Source of the DNA: a virus
Direction: 5' to 3' (one strand)
Length of the DNA: 64,000 nucleotides
IMG/VR virus record: IMGVR_UViG_3300032087_006189
Part shown: piece by piece, positions 26,799-36,021 of the stretch
Position numbering within the stretch: the first letter of the stretch is position 1
Layout: every line of letters starts with the position of its first letter
The notes under the pieces: generated by a model
What the model was told of the DNA's origin: nothing
Seen by the model: the letters and a program-made list of their open reading frames with translations, nothing else
Databases searched by the model: none
Made by a program: the position numbers and the translations under genes

Positions 26799-29700
26799 CT
26801 ACAAGAAAGAGAAGAATCTAGTCTTTTTGGGTTGGGCAGTCTGCGACTTGTCGGCGGGCTTTGGAGTCGCCGTCGATAGACTTACTGGCGTCACAGGCTT
26901 TGGTAGTCCTGGGGTCTTTACTGTCTGCGAGGGCTCGAGGCCAAACTCGGCTCCGTGCGCGATGCCAGAAATCGGGTGACCGTGGATGTCGGACTTCCAG
27001 TTCTGCGCTGCACCTTCGATGTATGTTTCCTTGAGGCGCTGGAAGTTCAGTCGTGCCATCCAGTCTTCCTGCCCTGCAAGAGGCATCTGGTTCATAGCCT
27101 TCAGCTTTGGCTTGTGCTTGATGGGACGCTTGCCCATTGCCTTCAGGTCGCGGTTCTTTGCCTCGACCTCTGACATCGGTACAAGCTGTCCGCGCAGGTA
27201 TGAAGAGTCATCTCCTGGATCGTCGATGCGGGTCAAGTCGGTCATCGCACGAATCACCGTCTCAATGTTTCTGCGCCTCTCGTGCCCGGTAGTCGGCACA
27301 TACAGCGCACTGAGGGAATCGGTAATGTGGTTTCGAACCGCCCCCATGCTCTTCGTAATCCGAAGAATGTCATGGGGATTTTTTCTACCCGTAGAAAGCG
27401 CCTCGGCCTTCTTGACCTCGTATCCTACGCGAATCTGAGGAAGGAGCTGGTTCGTATGCGGAACGACATGCTTCTTCCCATCGATCGTTACAGTCTTTCC
27501 GCCCAGTGCGTCTGTCTCAATCTTTTGGATCTTCCCAGAAATCTCGGCAAGAGTCGCCGATCCCTTCAGAGTTGAAGGAACCTTGAACAGGTCCTCTGCT
27601 GCGGTGAAGTAGTCGCCGACATCGCTCTCTCCACCCACACCGCCAGTGTGGAAGGTCTTCATCTGCATCTGCGTGATCGGCTCACCAAGAGCGTGGCCGG
27701 CGATAACCCCGACATTGGTGCCGACCGTGTAGAGCGTTCCCCGCTCGTTGAGGCCGTAGCAGGTGGAGCAGATGCCCTTCACTTCTTTGCAATTCAGGGG
27801 AGAGCGGACCAAGACCTTTGCGGGTCCAGACTTCTTGATTTGCTGTCGAACCTGAGATGTAACCAGCGACCCCCTTTTCAGGGTCTGCCCGTCCTTGAGG
27901 GGGACATCTCCAGCAAGGAAGCGCCCCTCGACATCTGCATCCATAGAAGGCAGCAAAGTACCCTTTGTGGTGCCGCAGTCTTTGGACCGAATCTTGTTGT
28001 CGATGACCGTGTTGATCAGCTCCTTTGTCAGAGCTCCGGGCTTCGCAGTGGAAGATGCCCGGTCGATTGTTCCCTTACGCGCACCGTGAAGTGACGCATA
28101 ATACTGGGAGATCGGAAGTCCTTCTCCGAAGGACTTTGTGATCGGGAATGCAACTGGCTTGTTCATGGGATCCTGAACAATCATGGGGCCCATGACCATC
28201 TGGCTAAACTGGCCCCAGTTTCCGCGTGCCCCAGACTGCGCCCATTCCCACATTCGGTTGTCTTGGCGGCGGTTGTAGCGATCCTCGCCGACAGACTTCA
28301 GCTCCTTTTGGGCCTTCAGGTACAGCTTGACGATCTTGTCGTCCTTGCTTTGCTGGCTGCCGCCGCTCTTTCTGATCTTTGCTTCCTCTGCCTTGTACTT
28401 CTTTAGAACCTGGTCCCGGATCTCCTTGCCGTCGTGGAAGTCATTCAGACTGAAGCTTGACCCGTTCTTATAGGACAGGTTGAAGCCCAGATTCTTCCAC
28501 TGATCGATCATTTTGGAGAACTCTTCTGGATTGGCTCTCGCAATCTCGGTGGCAAAACCCTTCATGCCGCCCTTGGCCATACGAAAATCCTTGTCGTACA
28601 GCAGGTCGTCTCGGTTTTTGAACTCCTTAGGGAGAGTGCTGTTGATCAACAATCGGCCCGGTGTCGTTGGACGCTTGTAGCCCATCACTGTGATCACATC
28701 ATAGGACTTCAGCTTCCCGGCCTTGAGGGCCTTGATTGCTTGCACATCCGTGTATGTGCCGGACTTCTTCTTGCCCCATTTGGTCGCCTGATAAATACCG
28801 AGAACGGCGTCCATACTCGGAGCAACCATCAGCTTATTGCTGGTAGGAGAAAACAGATTCTTGGAAGGCATCATGGCCTTTGCCTCGTCCACCGCCTTTT
28901 CGGTGATCGGGACATACATGGCCATCGTGTCGCCATCGAAGTCAGCGTTGAAACCGCCTGTGACGAGGGGATGAATTTTGATGGACTTCCCTTCTACAAG
29001 TTTCGGGCGGAACGCCATGATTGAAAACATGTGGAGAGCGGGGTCGCGCTTCATCATTGCTGGGCGGTCTTTGATGACTCTTTCAAGGGCCTCATAGACT
29101 GCTGGGTGCTTCTTCTTGACCATGATCCGCGCTTGCATCGGAGATGATGCGCGGCCCATGTCCTTGACCAGAGCCTTGATGACGAACGGCTTGTACATCT
29201 CGAGCGCCATCTCTCGGGGCATGCCGACTTCATCCAGTGGCATCTCAGGGTCTGGAGTAATGACAGAGCGACCAGAGAGGTCCTGTCGTTTACCCAGAAC
29301 TCCAGATTGGAAGAATGACTGCTTCGGCTGGTTCAACCCAGACAGCTTGTCCATCAAGCTGGGAGCATGCCTTCCCTCAATCTGCATCCCTGTCAGCCGC
29401 AGAGACTTGACCAGCTTGTACACCTCGGCCTGGTTCTTTTGGATTTCCTGAACCGGGAGGCGCTCCTTCTCAGACTGCTTGAGCTGGCGAACCATCGCCC
29501 CGGTCTGTGCGTACATCACATTGACGGGATCGATAATCTGTGTCCCATCGAAGCCGATGCTCACCCTTCGCAGTGTCGGTGGAAGGATCGGCAATACAGA
29601 GTTCATGTAGGCGTCGACCGGCTTTACTCCCAGATCTTTGAGAGCGCGAAGATAGCGAACTCGCTTGTATCGGACATTCAGCTCCGCTTCTTTTGCGGTC

Positions 29701-32700
29701 TTGAGCTCGGCCTCTGCCTTCTTCAGCTCAGCATCGACATTCATCTTTGAGAGCTTCTCTTCAATGACCTTGAACCCAGACTTGCTGCCCACGGCCCCTT
29801 CAGCAGTCAGCAGCTTTTGGAACTCAGGCTTCTTCATCCCAAGAAGAGATCGAATTGGTTCCTCAAAAAGAGGATTTGGAACTTTCATCCCGAGGTCCAT
29901 GTGGGACCACTTCTCTCCTTGGAGGCCTCCGGTCTTGCCGCGGTCGAAGAGACCGCCTCTCTCTTCTTTGGTCAAAGACCCTTTCGCAGACAGAGTCTTT
30001 TCTGGGAATGCCAGCGCACCAGAGCTCTGTGCCTTTGTCTGGGCATCCGTCATCGGCATGAGGGAGTACTCTCTGCCGCTGCGCTCGGAAGACACCCCCA
30101 TCGCCTTCATGTACTTCTGGAACTGAAGCATGGAGCGCGGCACCTTTGGAGTAGGTGGGCGCTGCCCAAGAAGAATCCGCTTCCAGGTGTCCTCTGCCTG
30201 TTCCTTGTCAGACTTGTAGGTCTGCATCTCGCGGAGGTTGAACTTCGCGCCATGCGCGAGCAGCGTGTAGGTATCGAGGCCACCAATTCTCTGGCCGCCC
30301 TTTCCGATACCTGAACCCTGCGCTGCCTCACCGGTAGTCTTGTATCCGTAGCCAGCTCCACCAGAGCGAGCAGAGATCTTCTTCTCAGCCTGGTGGTCGA
30401 GCTTCAGCAGATACTGCGGCCCAGTGAATACTGGTCCAAGACTTTCTCCAGTCTCGGGGTCGAACAGCTCTTCGGTATCTGAGATCTTGTGCTTCTTCAG
30501 CTCGGACTTCACGAGTGCCGAGTAGTCGACATCCGGATTGAAGTTGTCCACCACGAAGGGCTTGCCAGTCTTGAGCGCGATCTTGCCTGCCGCAGTCTCG
30601 AGAATCTGCCCGGGGTTCATACGGGACGGAACACCGGCAGGAGACATCAGAACCTGGACTGCGTTGCCCTTCTTGTCCTTGGGCATCTGATCATCAGGAA
30701 GGATTCTAGTGACGATGCCCTTGTTACCATGGCGACCAGAGAGCTTGTCTCCGACTTCCATGGTCTGCTCGGTACGGATGAAGACCGCGATCTTCTTTCC
30801 AGTGCTTACGACACGGACGACCTTTCCTCCGTACTCGTGCTTCCAGCGTTCTTCGGACGGGTTGAAGTCTCGGATTGCGCCCTTGAGCTGCTTCTTGATG
30901 TTTGCGGTCTCTCGGCTGTTGTCTTGCTTTACCAGCTTTGCGATCAGAACATCATCGGGCTCTACAACAGTGCCGACCTTTACGATTCCGCGGTCATCCA
31001 GTTTACGGAGAATGTCCGGGGTTGCCTTTTCAGGACCTGCATACCGACGCCACAAAGCCTTATCGACCACCACATTCGAATACATCTCCGTCTCAACAGA
31101 GTGAAGGTGGTTTGACACGAGCTTCTTCGCTGCAGACTCTGAGATGACGATTCCGTCCTCAAAGTTGTAGCCCTTGTACGGGATGTAAGCGACGCGCAGA
31201 TTTGTTCCCAGAGCGAGCTTTCCGCCCTTCGTGAAGTTGGAATCTGCGAGAAGCTGCCCCTTCCTGACTTTGTCCCCGACCTTTACGGCTGGAGTGGAAT
31301 CCAGCATGTGCTTTGCGCCGTTCAGCGGGTAGTTGTCGTACAGGGCGTGGACATACCTCTTCCCGTCGGCACCCTTCACTACGATCTGCTTCTTGTTGAC
31401 GCTGATGACTTGGCCAGTTGCACTGCTCGTGACCGAGGCGGTCGATCCTACTAGGTCTTCGTATGCTGCACCCTTTGCTGCGGCCGTCTGAACAAGTGGA
31501 GCTTCGCGCTCTTTGAGGCCGACCGCTTGCTCCTGGTGCTTGGCAGCCATCATCGAACGGTTGCCGTTGTCGTTCTGGATGAACGGAATCAGGTTTGCAC
31601 TGACCGCAAACAGCAACTTTGCTGACGGCAGGACATAGTCCACCTCTTTCCACTGGCGCTTTGAGGTGTTGCGATCCTTGTCGTAAACAACCACATCAGG
31701 CGTCTTTGGCTTTACAGAAACAGTGCCGTCAGACTTCTTCGTAATCTTGACCTGATCGGGGAACGCAACAACTGCCCGTTCCAGATCTGCCGCTGACTTT
31801 CGCTCTACCTTACCAGTACGTACATTCACAACCTGCGCCATCAGATCGTGCCCGACCTTCTGGGCTCCCATCGGCACATGCAGGTGGATACCAGTCTGCT
31901 GGCTCTCTGGGGTCTGCAGAGGATCGAGCACACCCAGATGACTGGGGTTGATCATCTTGTCCTGCATCAGGTTGACATTGTCGCCCTTGATCCCACCAAA
32001 TGCTGCGCCAAGAATCGTCGTCTTCGTGTGATTGGAAACGAACTGCAGGGGATTGGTCTGGGTGGGAAGCTGTGCCGCCTTGAACGGCTTGAGAATCGCA
32101 GCGCCGTACCCAGATGCCGACGCAGGGATGATCTCTTGGATTGAGTTCTTGCGGTCAACATTGTTTCGGATCTTGCGAGTCAGGGAATATGCCGTCTTCC
32201 CCTTTGTCAGCTCTTCTGCGACAAAGTCTTCGACCCCGTAAAGGCGCTTGTTCGCGATTGACTGTCGGTCGTCTTCCTTCGCGCGCCCCTTACTGATGTC
32301 CACCAGCTTCTTCGCAGAGAGAAGGAGTGCCTCTCCAGTGATGCTGGAAAACTCCTTTCCGAGCGCAGACTTCATGGTCTGCTTGCTGACTTCCGCACCC
32401 TCAAAAGTAGCGCGGGTAAATTCTCGCGCAACGGCAAGGCTGGGCTGCTTGTACTTCGTCTTGTCCCTACGACCTTCAATGGCTTCGTGAAATTTGACGA
32501 TGTCAGCTGGCTTGCTGTACCGCTTGTTGACCTCGTAGACCCCATCTCCGAGCGCAGCTCGAATCTTGGCGTCGTCGATTCCCATCGCGTTGAGAATGGG
32601 GATTACTGGAATCTTACGAGTAGAAGATCCTCCGCTTTTGATCTGAAGGTAGATGAAGCCAACCTTCTTGGGGTCTCTTCTTTCGATGAAGATGTCGAAC

Positions 32701-33152
32701 GAGCCCACCTTGCTACCTGCTGCCACATTCCACTTGGCAACCAAGTCCCCGTTCTGGGCCTCTGCGTGGTACGCGCCGGGGTTTAGGCGGAACACACTAT
32801 CGAACTGCTTCTCATTTCCATCAACAATGAAGCTGTAGCGCGTGGTGATCTTGGGCAGCTTCCCCAAGGTTCTCTTTCGCTGATCAATGACCTTGCCGGT
32901 TTCTTTTTCAATCAGCCGAAAATGTCCGACAATGTCAGGTCCCCAAGTGTTGCCATTGAGTCGTGCATCCAGCTGGCTGTCATAGTTCGCGGGATTGAAC
33001 TTGGCAGATCCTGTCGCAGAGTCGTCTTCGATCTCGAGCTTTGTCAGCTCAAGCCGGTGAACGTTTCCCTCGATCGGAAACTGCGAAGAAATGGCTTCTT
33101 TGGTCTTCTGGACCAGAAGCCTGTAGGACTCGAGGGGGTTCAGATTCGGCAT
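26799..33152 (-). CDS. rpoBC: DNA-directed RNA polymerase, fused beta and beta' subunits
   Basis: Beta motifs QTPE..GI, GYNFEDG, GDKLSGRHGNKG, PSRMNPGQ, GGQRIG; beta' motifs LGKRQDLSGRSVI, RDPALH, NADFDGD, SGARG, GEPITQ and DCGT..RSPLNC..CSTCYG. Confidence 0.95.
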   Translation of the reverse strand: MPNLNPLESYRLLVQKTKEAISSQFPIEGNVHRLELTKLEIEDDSATGSAKFNPANYDSQLDARLNGNTWGPDIVGHFRLIEKETGKVIDQRKRTLGKLPKITTRYSFIVDGNEKQFDSVFRLNPGAYHAEAQNGDLVAKWNVAAGSKVGSFDIFIERRDPKKVGFIYLQIKSGGSSTRKIPVIPILNAMGIDDAKIRAALGDGVYEVNKRYSKPADIVKFHEAIEGRRDKTKYKQPSLAVAREFTRATFEGAEVSKQTMKSALGKEFSSITGEALLLSAKKLVDISKGRAKEDDRQSIANKRLYGVEDFVAEELTKGKTAYSLTRKIRNNVDRKNSIQEIIPASASGYGAAILKPFKAAQLPTQTNPLQFVSNHTKTTILGAAFGGIKGDNVNLMQDKMINPSHLGVLDPLQTPESQQTGIHLHVPMGAQKVGHDLMAQVVNVRTGKVERKSAADLERAVVAFPDQVKITKKSDGTVSVKPKTPDVVVYDKDRNTSKRQWKEVDYVLPSAKLLFAVSANLIPFIQNDNGNRSMMAAKHQEQAVGLKEREAPLVQTAAAKGAAYEDLVGSTASVTSSATGQVISVNKKQIVVKGADGKRYVHALYDNYPLNGAKHMLDSTPAVKVGDKVRKGQLLADSNFTKGGKLALGTNLRVAYIPYKGYNFEDGIVISESAAKKLVSNHLHSVETEMYSNVVVDKALWRRYAGPEKATPDILRKLDDRGIVKVGTVVEPDDVLIAKLVKQDNSRETANIKKQLKGAIRDFNPSEERWKHEYGGKVVRVVSTGKKIAVFIRTEQTMEVGDKLSGRHGNKGIVTRILPDDQMPKDKKGNAVQVLMSPAGVPSRMNPGQILETAAGKIALKTGKPFVVDNFNPDVDYSALVKSELKKHKISDTEELFDPETGESLGPVFTGPQYLLKLDHQAEKKISARSGGAGYGYKTTGEAAQGSGIGKGGQRIGGLDTYTLLAHGAKFNLREMQTYKSDKEQAEDTWKRILLGQRPPTPKVPRSMLQFQKYMKAMGVSSERSGREYSLMPMTDAQTKAQSSGALAFPEKTLSAKGSLTKEERGGLFDRGKTGGLQGEKWSHMDLGMKVPNPLFEEPIRSLLGMKKPEFQKLLTAEGAVGSKSGFKVIEEKLSKMNVDAELKKAEAELKTAKEAELNVRYKRVRYLRALKDLGVKPVDAYMNSVLPILPPTLRRVSIGFDGTQIIDPVNVMYAQTGAMVRQLKQSEKERLPVQEIQKNQAEVYKLVKSLRLTGMQIEGRHAPSLMDKLSGLNQPKQSFFQSGVLGKRQDLSGRSVITPDPEMPLDEVGMPREMALEMYKPFVIKALVKDMGRASSPMQARIMVKKKHPAVYEALERVIKDRPAMMKRDPALHMFSIMAFRPKLVEGKSIKIHPLVTGGFNADFDGDTMAMYVPITEKAVDEAKAMMPSKNLFSPTSNKLMVAPSMDAVLGIYQATKWGKKKSGTYTDVQAIKALKAGKLKSYDVITVMGYKRPTTPGRLLINSTLPKEFKNRDDLLYDKDFRMAKGGMKGFATEIARANPEEFSKMIDQWKNLGFNLSYKNGSSFSLNDFHDGKEIRDQVLKKYKAEEAKIRKSGGSQQSKDDKIVKLYLKAQKELKSVGEDRYNRRQDNRMWEWAQSGARGNWGQFSQMVMGPMIVQDPMNKPVAFPITKSFGEGLPISQYYASLHGARKGTIDRASSTAKPGALTKELINTVIDNKIRSKDCGTTKGTLLPSMDADVEGRFLAGDVPLKDGQTLKRGSLVTSQVRQQIKKSGPAKVLVRSPLNCKEVKGICSTCYGLNERGTLYTVGTNVGVIAGHALGEPITQMQMKTFHTGGVGGESDVGDYFTAAEDLFKVPSTLKGSATLAEISGKIQKIETDALGGKTVTIDGKKHVVPHTNQLLPQIRVGYEVKKAEALSTGRKNPHDILRITKSMGAVRNHITDSLSALYVPTTGHERRRNIETVIRAMTDLTRIDDPGDDSSYLRGQLVPMSEVEAKNRDLKAMGKRPIKHKPKLKAMNQMPLAGQEDWMARLNFQRLKETYIEGAAQNWKSDIHGHPISGIAHGAEFGLEPSQTVKTPGLPKPVTPVSLSTATPKPADKSQTAQPKKTRFFSFL

Positions 33153-33172
33153 GAAACTTCTCTCCGGAAACC

Positions 33173-33179
33173 GTCATAA
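33173..33179 (+). promoter_or_regulatory. GTCATAA putative phage promoter element
   Basis: GTCATAACTATAA, 40 nt before ATG 33220 (GGAG RBS; 33-aa ORF). Confidence 0.55.
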
Positions 33180-33399
33180 CTATAACAGCCGGAACATAGC
33201 CACCGGCATTGGAGTACACATGACCACGATGTTCATTCATTTGTCGTTCTGCAGCACCGATCCCGCCGATGAAGGGGGCAACGACCCCTTCGGCGGCACT
33301 GACCGCTTCGGAGAGTGGTAGTGATTTCGACGATCTTCTGGATGGCTGCCATTGTAGCAGCCATCCAGAGTTCTTCGGACATCATCGACGATGAGATCA

Positions 33400-33735
33400 A
33401 TGCCGAAGAGTAAGAAAAGCAGCCTCCGGGCTCGGCTTCGTGCCGAGCTCGGGGCGCTGCCCGATCGACCACACGCTACTGTTTTACTCCCTAAAACTCA
33501 AGAGGAGGACACGCTACAGCACTACTGTCCGCTGATTGAGGAGAAGTGCGGACTGATGGAGTGCCGGGGGTGTGAGGCCATTCACAGCGCAATCTCCTAC
33601 GACGAAACCTGGGTCTGCTCAGAGTGCGTGGGAGAGGGCCTCAAGCCACATCCGTACTGGACTGCTGGAGATTGCGACAGCTGCGGGGACTACAGTAGCT
33701 TTCTGATCTTGGTGACAGATGCCGATACCGTATGA
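33400..33735 (+). CDS. Small Cys-rich (Zn-binding) protein
   Basis: Several CxxC motifs; probable start MPKSKK. Confidence 0.55.
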   Translation: MPKSKKSSLRARLRAELGALPDRPHATVLLPKTQEEDTLQHYCPLIEEKCGLMECRGCEAIHSAISYDETWVCSECVGEGLKPHPYWTAGDCDSCGDYSSFLILVTDADTV

Positions 33736-33970
33736 GTGTGAATGGTGCGGAGCAGCGGCAGCAAGGAATGAGAAGATGGTGTGCCTCTCTCGGCACACCG
33801 TTCTTCGTGGCCCTCGCCACTACCGCCTCAAAGAAGCAGAATTCTCAGACCAGGGACCTGAGATCATGCTGCACGAAGCCTGCCTCATCCAGAACTCAAA
33901 GGAGATTCTGGAGAGGCTGTACGAGGGAGTTCAGGTCGATCCTCCGAAGAAATGGAAGATCTCGGCTTAG
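33719..33970 (+). CDS. Small Zn-finger protein
   Basis: YECEWCG...HEAC. Confidence 0.5.
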   Translation: MPIPYECEWCGAAAARNEKMVCLSRHTVLRGPRHYRLKEAEFSDQGPEIMLHEACLIQNSKEILERLYEGVQVDPPKKWKISA

Positions 33971-36021
33971 CCGACCTGTCTTCCGGGATCGGCCTGCGGA
34001 TTTCCGGCCGGCGCGGGGTTCTTCATCGCGTCGGCCGGGTTTGTCTGGGAGCCCCGGTCATTCATTAGCTGTACTACCAGCTTGTAGAGCGGCGGGTTTT
34101 CCATCTGCATCTGCTGGAGGGCCTGGTACATGGCGTCCTCACCCTGCTCTCTTTTTAGCGTGCGGAAATACGACGCCGCTCTTTGCGCGATGTACCGAAG
34201 GTCTACGCCGCCAGAACCAGGCTGAACTTGCGACTGCATCCCTGCCATTGCGGCTGGCATGCCTGCCTGGTTCGGGCCTTGCGCGTTTTCTTCGTACGCT
34301 GTGGCCCCTTCCGGAAGTCCTGGCGTCTGCTGGGCAGCATCTCCGCCCTGCTGCTGCTGCTGCTGCGGCTGTTGGGCCTGCGCAGCTTGCTGTTGCTGCA
34401 TCTGCTGAGCCTGGGCCTGCTGCTGCGCCTGCATCTGCTGCTGCTGCATTTCCATCTGGGCTTGCCCCTGCGCCTTGAGCGTGAGGGCTTGAGCTTTTGC
34501 CTGATACCGAGAAGTACGGAGCTGGGCCTCGCCCTGAATATCGGCAGCAGCGACCTGCATTCTGCGGTTGGACTGGAGCTGCTTCTTGATCTCCTCGCCC
34601 ATGCGCTCGGATTCCAGATCGAAGTTCTCTCCGATCTCCTCCATGAGGCGGCGATCCGAAATCTTCTGTGCCTGGTTGAGCTGCAGATAGAACATCGACC
34701 GCTGAAGGTCGTCTGCCATGCGGAACTTGTCGAACCGAGTGGGCACCTTCGGCCACTGCATGAACGATGCGATTTTGCCCATGATGAAGCGGTTCACGAG
34801 CTCATGGCGCTGCTTGTTGTACCCGAGGAACATGTTCTCGAGTGCGCGCAGCGAGGTGCTCGATCCACTCCACTGCAGGCCGCCGAAGATGAACTCGACC
34901 GGGATACCCGCACCCGCAAGCATCTGCTCTGCCAAAAGCCGCATCTCTTGGTACATCAGCAGGGCTCGACCCTGTCCGCCGATCTGCTGAAACCCAATGT
35001 TCACGGGCAAGACCGGGATGTAGTTGTGATCGCGCTTCCACATGTTGATCTCTTCATCAACGCGGCGCTTCCAGTTGGTCAGGTTGTACGACCCATACGG
35101 CCCTTCATTACCTCCCGTGTTCTGTCCCGGGAAGATCATCCGCATCGGGACGATGTTCTCCATCAAGACAGCCTCGTTCGCCTTCTTCATCACCTGCAAG
35201 TAGAACGCATCCTTGAGCAGGGGGAAGATCAGGGGAGTGCCCCAGCCCTGATCCTTCTGCGCGATGGTCGGGCGCTTGAGGTGGTAGAGGTTGTCCTCTG
35301 AGAACAGGAGCGACTTTCGCTTGCGCGCAGCTTCAAGAAACTCGATGGGCAGAGACTCGACCGTGTCCTTGTCCCCCATCTTGATGTCGTTGACGACACT
35401 ACGAGGGAGCCGGAAGTAGTACTTCGTGTGGCCGGTGATCTCGTTGTGCTTGATATCGATGTTCTCGGGGTTCCAGCGCACGAGACGGATCTTGCGGAAG
35501 CTCCGCATGTAGACATCGTGCTGCTTGGCGTAGCCCTGGTGTCCGCAGTCACACTTGTGGATGTAGAACTGTGAGTTGCGCCACTTGTAGCGGAAGCGGT
35601 TGGTCTTTGCGCGGTACCGGGTCTTGCAAGAGGAGCAGATCAGGTACTTCTCAAACGGCAGGAAGACCGAAACAAACGCGTTGCCGTAGACGAAGTAGTC
35701 GAGACCGACCTCGACTTGGAACGACCGCAGCTTTAGGTGGTCCTCTACCCCCTTGTAAAGCTTCTGCAGCTCCGGATCTTCGGTCTCGAATACCAGCGGA
35801 GTAACTGGATACTCTGCCATCTTCGAACATGCGGCGTTGATGACCGGATTCGTCAGGTAGTAGTACCGACACCACTTATGCAGCTCATGCTGGTTCGCTG
35901 GAAGAAACTGCTGAGAAACATCGAAGAAGGGGGACGGGTAGCGAATCCCGAAGCCGCGACCACCCTCGGCCGTGACTGGGCGCGGATTGAACCGGTTTAC
36001 TTCGCTTGTGATCACATTCAT
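33967..36021 (-). CDS. Portal protein
   Basis: YYLTNPVINAACSKMAEYP, YFVYGNAF, YHLKRP...GWGTPLI and AGIPVEFIFG portal-like pattern; Q-rich C-terminal tail. Confidence 0.75.
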   Translation of the reverse strand: MNVITSEVNRFNPRPVTAEGGRGFGIRYPSPFFDVSQQFLPANQHELHKWCRYYYLTNPVINAACSKMAEYPVTPLVFETEDPELQKLYKGVEDHLKLRSFQVEVGLDYFVYGNAFVSVFLPFEKYLICSSCKTRYRAKTNRFRYKWRNSQFYIHKCDCGHQGYAKQHDVYMRSFRKIRLVRWNPENIDIKHNEITGHTKYYFRLPRSVVNDIKMGDKDTVESLPIEFLEAARKRKSLLFSEDNLYHLKRPTIAQKDQGWGTPLIFPLLKDAFYLQVMKKANEAVLMENIVPMRMIFPGQNTGGNEGPYGSYNLTNWKRRVDEEINMWKRDHNYIPVLPVNIGFQQIGGQGRALLMYQEMRLLAEQMLAGAGIPVEFIFGGLQWSGSSTSLRALENMFLGYNKQRHELVNRFIMGKIASFMQWPKVPTRFDKFRMADDLQRSMFYLQLNQAQKISDRRLMEEIGENFDLESERMGEEIKKQLQSNRRMQVAAADIQGEAQLRTSRYQAKAQALTLKAQGQAQMEMQQQQMQAQQQAQAQQMQQQQAAQAQQPQQQQQQGGDAAQQTPGLPEGATAYEENAQGPNQAGMPAAMAGMQSQVQPGSGGVDLRYIAQRAASYFRTLKREQGEDAMYQALQQMQMENPPLYKLVVQLMNDRGSQTNPADAMKNPAPAGNPQADPGRQVG
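34345..34450 (-). repeat. CAG-rich low-complexity tract (poly-Gln) in the portal C-terminus
   Basis: CTG runs on the + strand; QQQQMQAQQQAQAQQMQQQQ. Confidence 0.8.

Noticed and set aside
26799-33152. Cellular rpoBC locus (host chromosome or contamination)
   Set aside because: No ribosomal protein neighbours; flanked by portal and baseplate genes; strongly reduced and divergent.
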